From Pristiophorus japonicus (Eukaryota), in assembly GCF_044704955.1 (NCBI RefSeq), contig NC_091993.1, forward strand, positions 17,856,001-17,920,000: a stretch of DNA of 64,000 nucleotides. The letters run 5' to 3'. Below are positions 62,816-64,000 of this stretch, one piece after another. Positions within the stretch are counted from its first letter, which is position 1. Every line of letters starts with the position of its first letter. The position numbers and the translations under genes are program-made. Under the pieces are notes generated by a model that was not told the DNA's origin, ran no database searches, and saw nothing but the letters and a program-made list of their open reading frames with translations.

Positions 62816-63689
62816 CAACATACTCTGAGCTGGGATTTGATGATTACTTAATTGCAAAACACAATGAATCGTTATCCAATAAAATGTCCAGTTTTGTTGG
62901 TTTTAATCTGTTTTAAAGCTAAATAGTTTCCGTAATTAGTCACATTCTCTGCTGCTGAGAATGTATAAAAATGTTACTCTAGTTTTGTGGTCACAGTAAT
63001 GTCCAGAGGATATTTTTTTACCATAATCTTCGTTTCTGGTTCTATCAGATTGTTAAATATAGAAAGAGATGTCTAAACGTTGAGCCTGTTATCAAAATCT
63101 AATGAATTTGTGATGGGTTTGACAGTATGTTATACCAGCATATTGAGACAGTATGGGGTAAAACCAAAATAATTGACGGATCATTGGACAGCAGTTTTAA
63201 CTTTGCAGCCCACTTTCGGACTTTTAAGGAACTGATTCAGTAGTTTGTTAGTACTCTGTCATTCTCACATATGCACTTTGCTTACAGAAGCCACAAAGAT
63301 GGCTGGTGTGGTAAATGAATATGTGCAGTCGGTAATTAAGGAATGGCCATGGCAAATTAGAGAGCCTATGAAGTGCTTGCCACTGTTACTGAAAGCCAAA
63401 AGTGACTACGTTCTCAAAACCATGAGAATCCTCACTTGGAGCACAGATCATTCACTTTTATTTAAAAAAAAAGTTGGAAAACATACTTGGGACAATTCTG
63501 TAAAGCAACAGAGATTGTGGAATTTGCAATCGGTTTTCTTGATCAATTAATGGAAGAGGTGTCATGATAATGTAGATAGTCTGTGGAAAGAATCGGCATT
63601 CCCTGTTCCATGGTGTTTAAAGTTCTAACGCTGCAGTACTTTGAATATTTTGTTGTTCAAGATTGATATTTTGTATTTTTGGTTTGTAG

Positions 63690-63828
63690 GAACGTGAACT
63701 GAAAGCTGCAGCAGACAGTGTCTTGTCAGAAGTGCGGAAAAAACAGGCAGATGCAAAAAGACTGGTGGATATCCTGCGGGCACTGGAGAAGCTGCGGAAA
63801 CTGAGGAAGGAAGCGGCAGCTCGGAAAG
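63690..63828 (+). CDS. PDCD7: PDCD7 exon 2 (gene continues past the window)
   Basis: ttgtag acceptor; ERELKAAADSVLSEVRKKQADAKRLVDILRALEKLRKLRKEAAARK(G); 139 nt; AAG|gtgtgt donor. Confidence 0.94.
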
Positions 63829-64000
63829 GTGTGTTGGTGAGAAGGGAGTTATCCGCGCACAGGCATATATTTTCAATGCTTCATAACTGTTACTGGTGTG
63901 ACGTGACAGCCAACAACTTTACATTATACTGATCAACTATCAAGAGCTATATCAAACTAGACAGACTACGAAATAGTAACAGAAAGGCTTTGCATAGCAC

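Overview
Vertebrate genomic DNA, most likely from a shark or other cartilaginous fish (inferred from its DeuSINE, CR1 and Penelope repeats). On the + strand it holds a complete 14-exon CLPX gene (mitochondrial ClpX; CDS 6692..50526, 1905 nt spliced, 634 aa). The first two coding exons of PDCD7 (U11-59K) follow on the same strand; exon 1 has a long His/Pro/Gln repeat N-terminus. Introns and spacers are full of CR1 and L2 fragments, DeuSINEs, MITEs, a solo LTR and a Penelope end with a decayed hammerhead ribozyme. The main finding is a near-intact, full-length CR1 LINE in CLPX intron 7 (35731..40395) with two unusual features. First, its 5' end is an array of 80-bp monomers, each with a TATA box, and the element begins exactly at a predicted TATA-directed start site. 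Second, a U_UUA_AAC slippery heptamer sits just before the ORF1 stop, in the phase that would shift ribosomes -1 into ORF2. All family names and comparisons with human come from recall, not database searches. Repeat boundaries are approximate unless TIRs or TSDs are cited.
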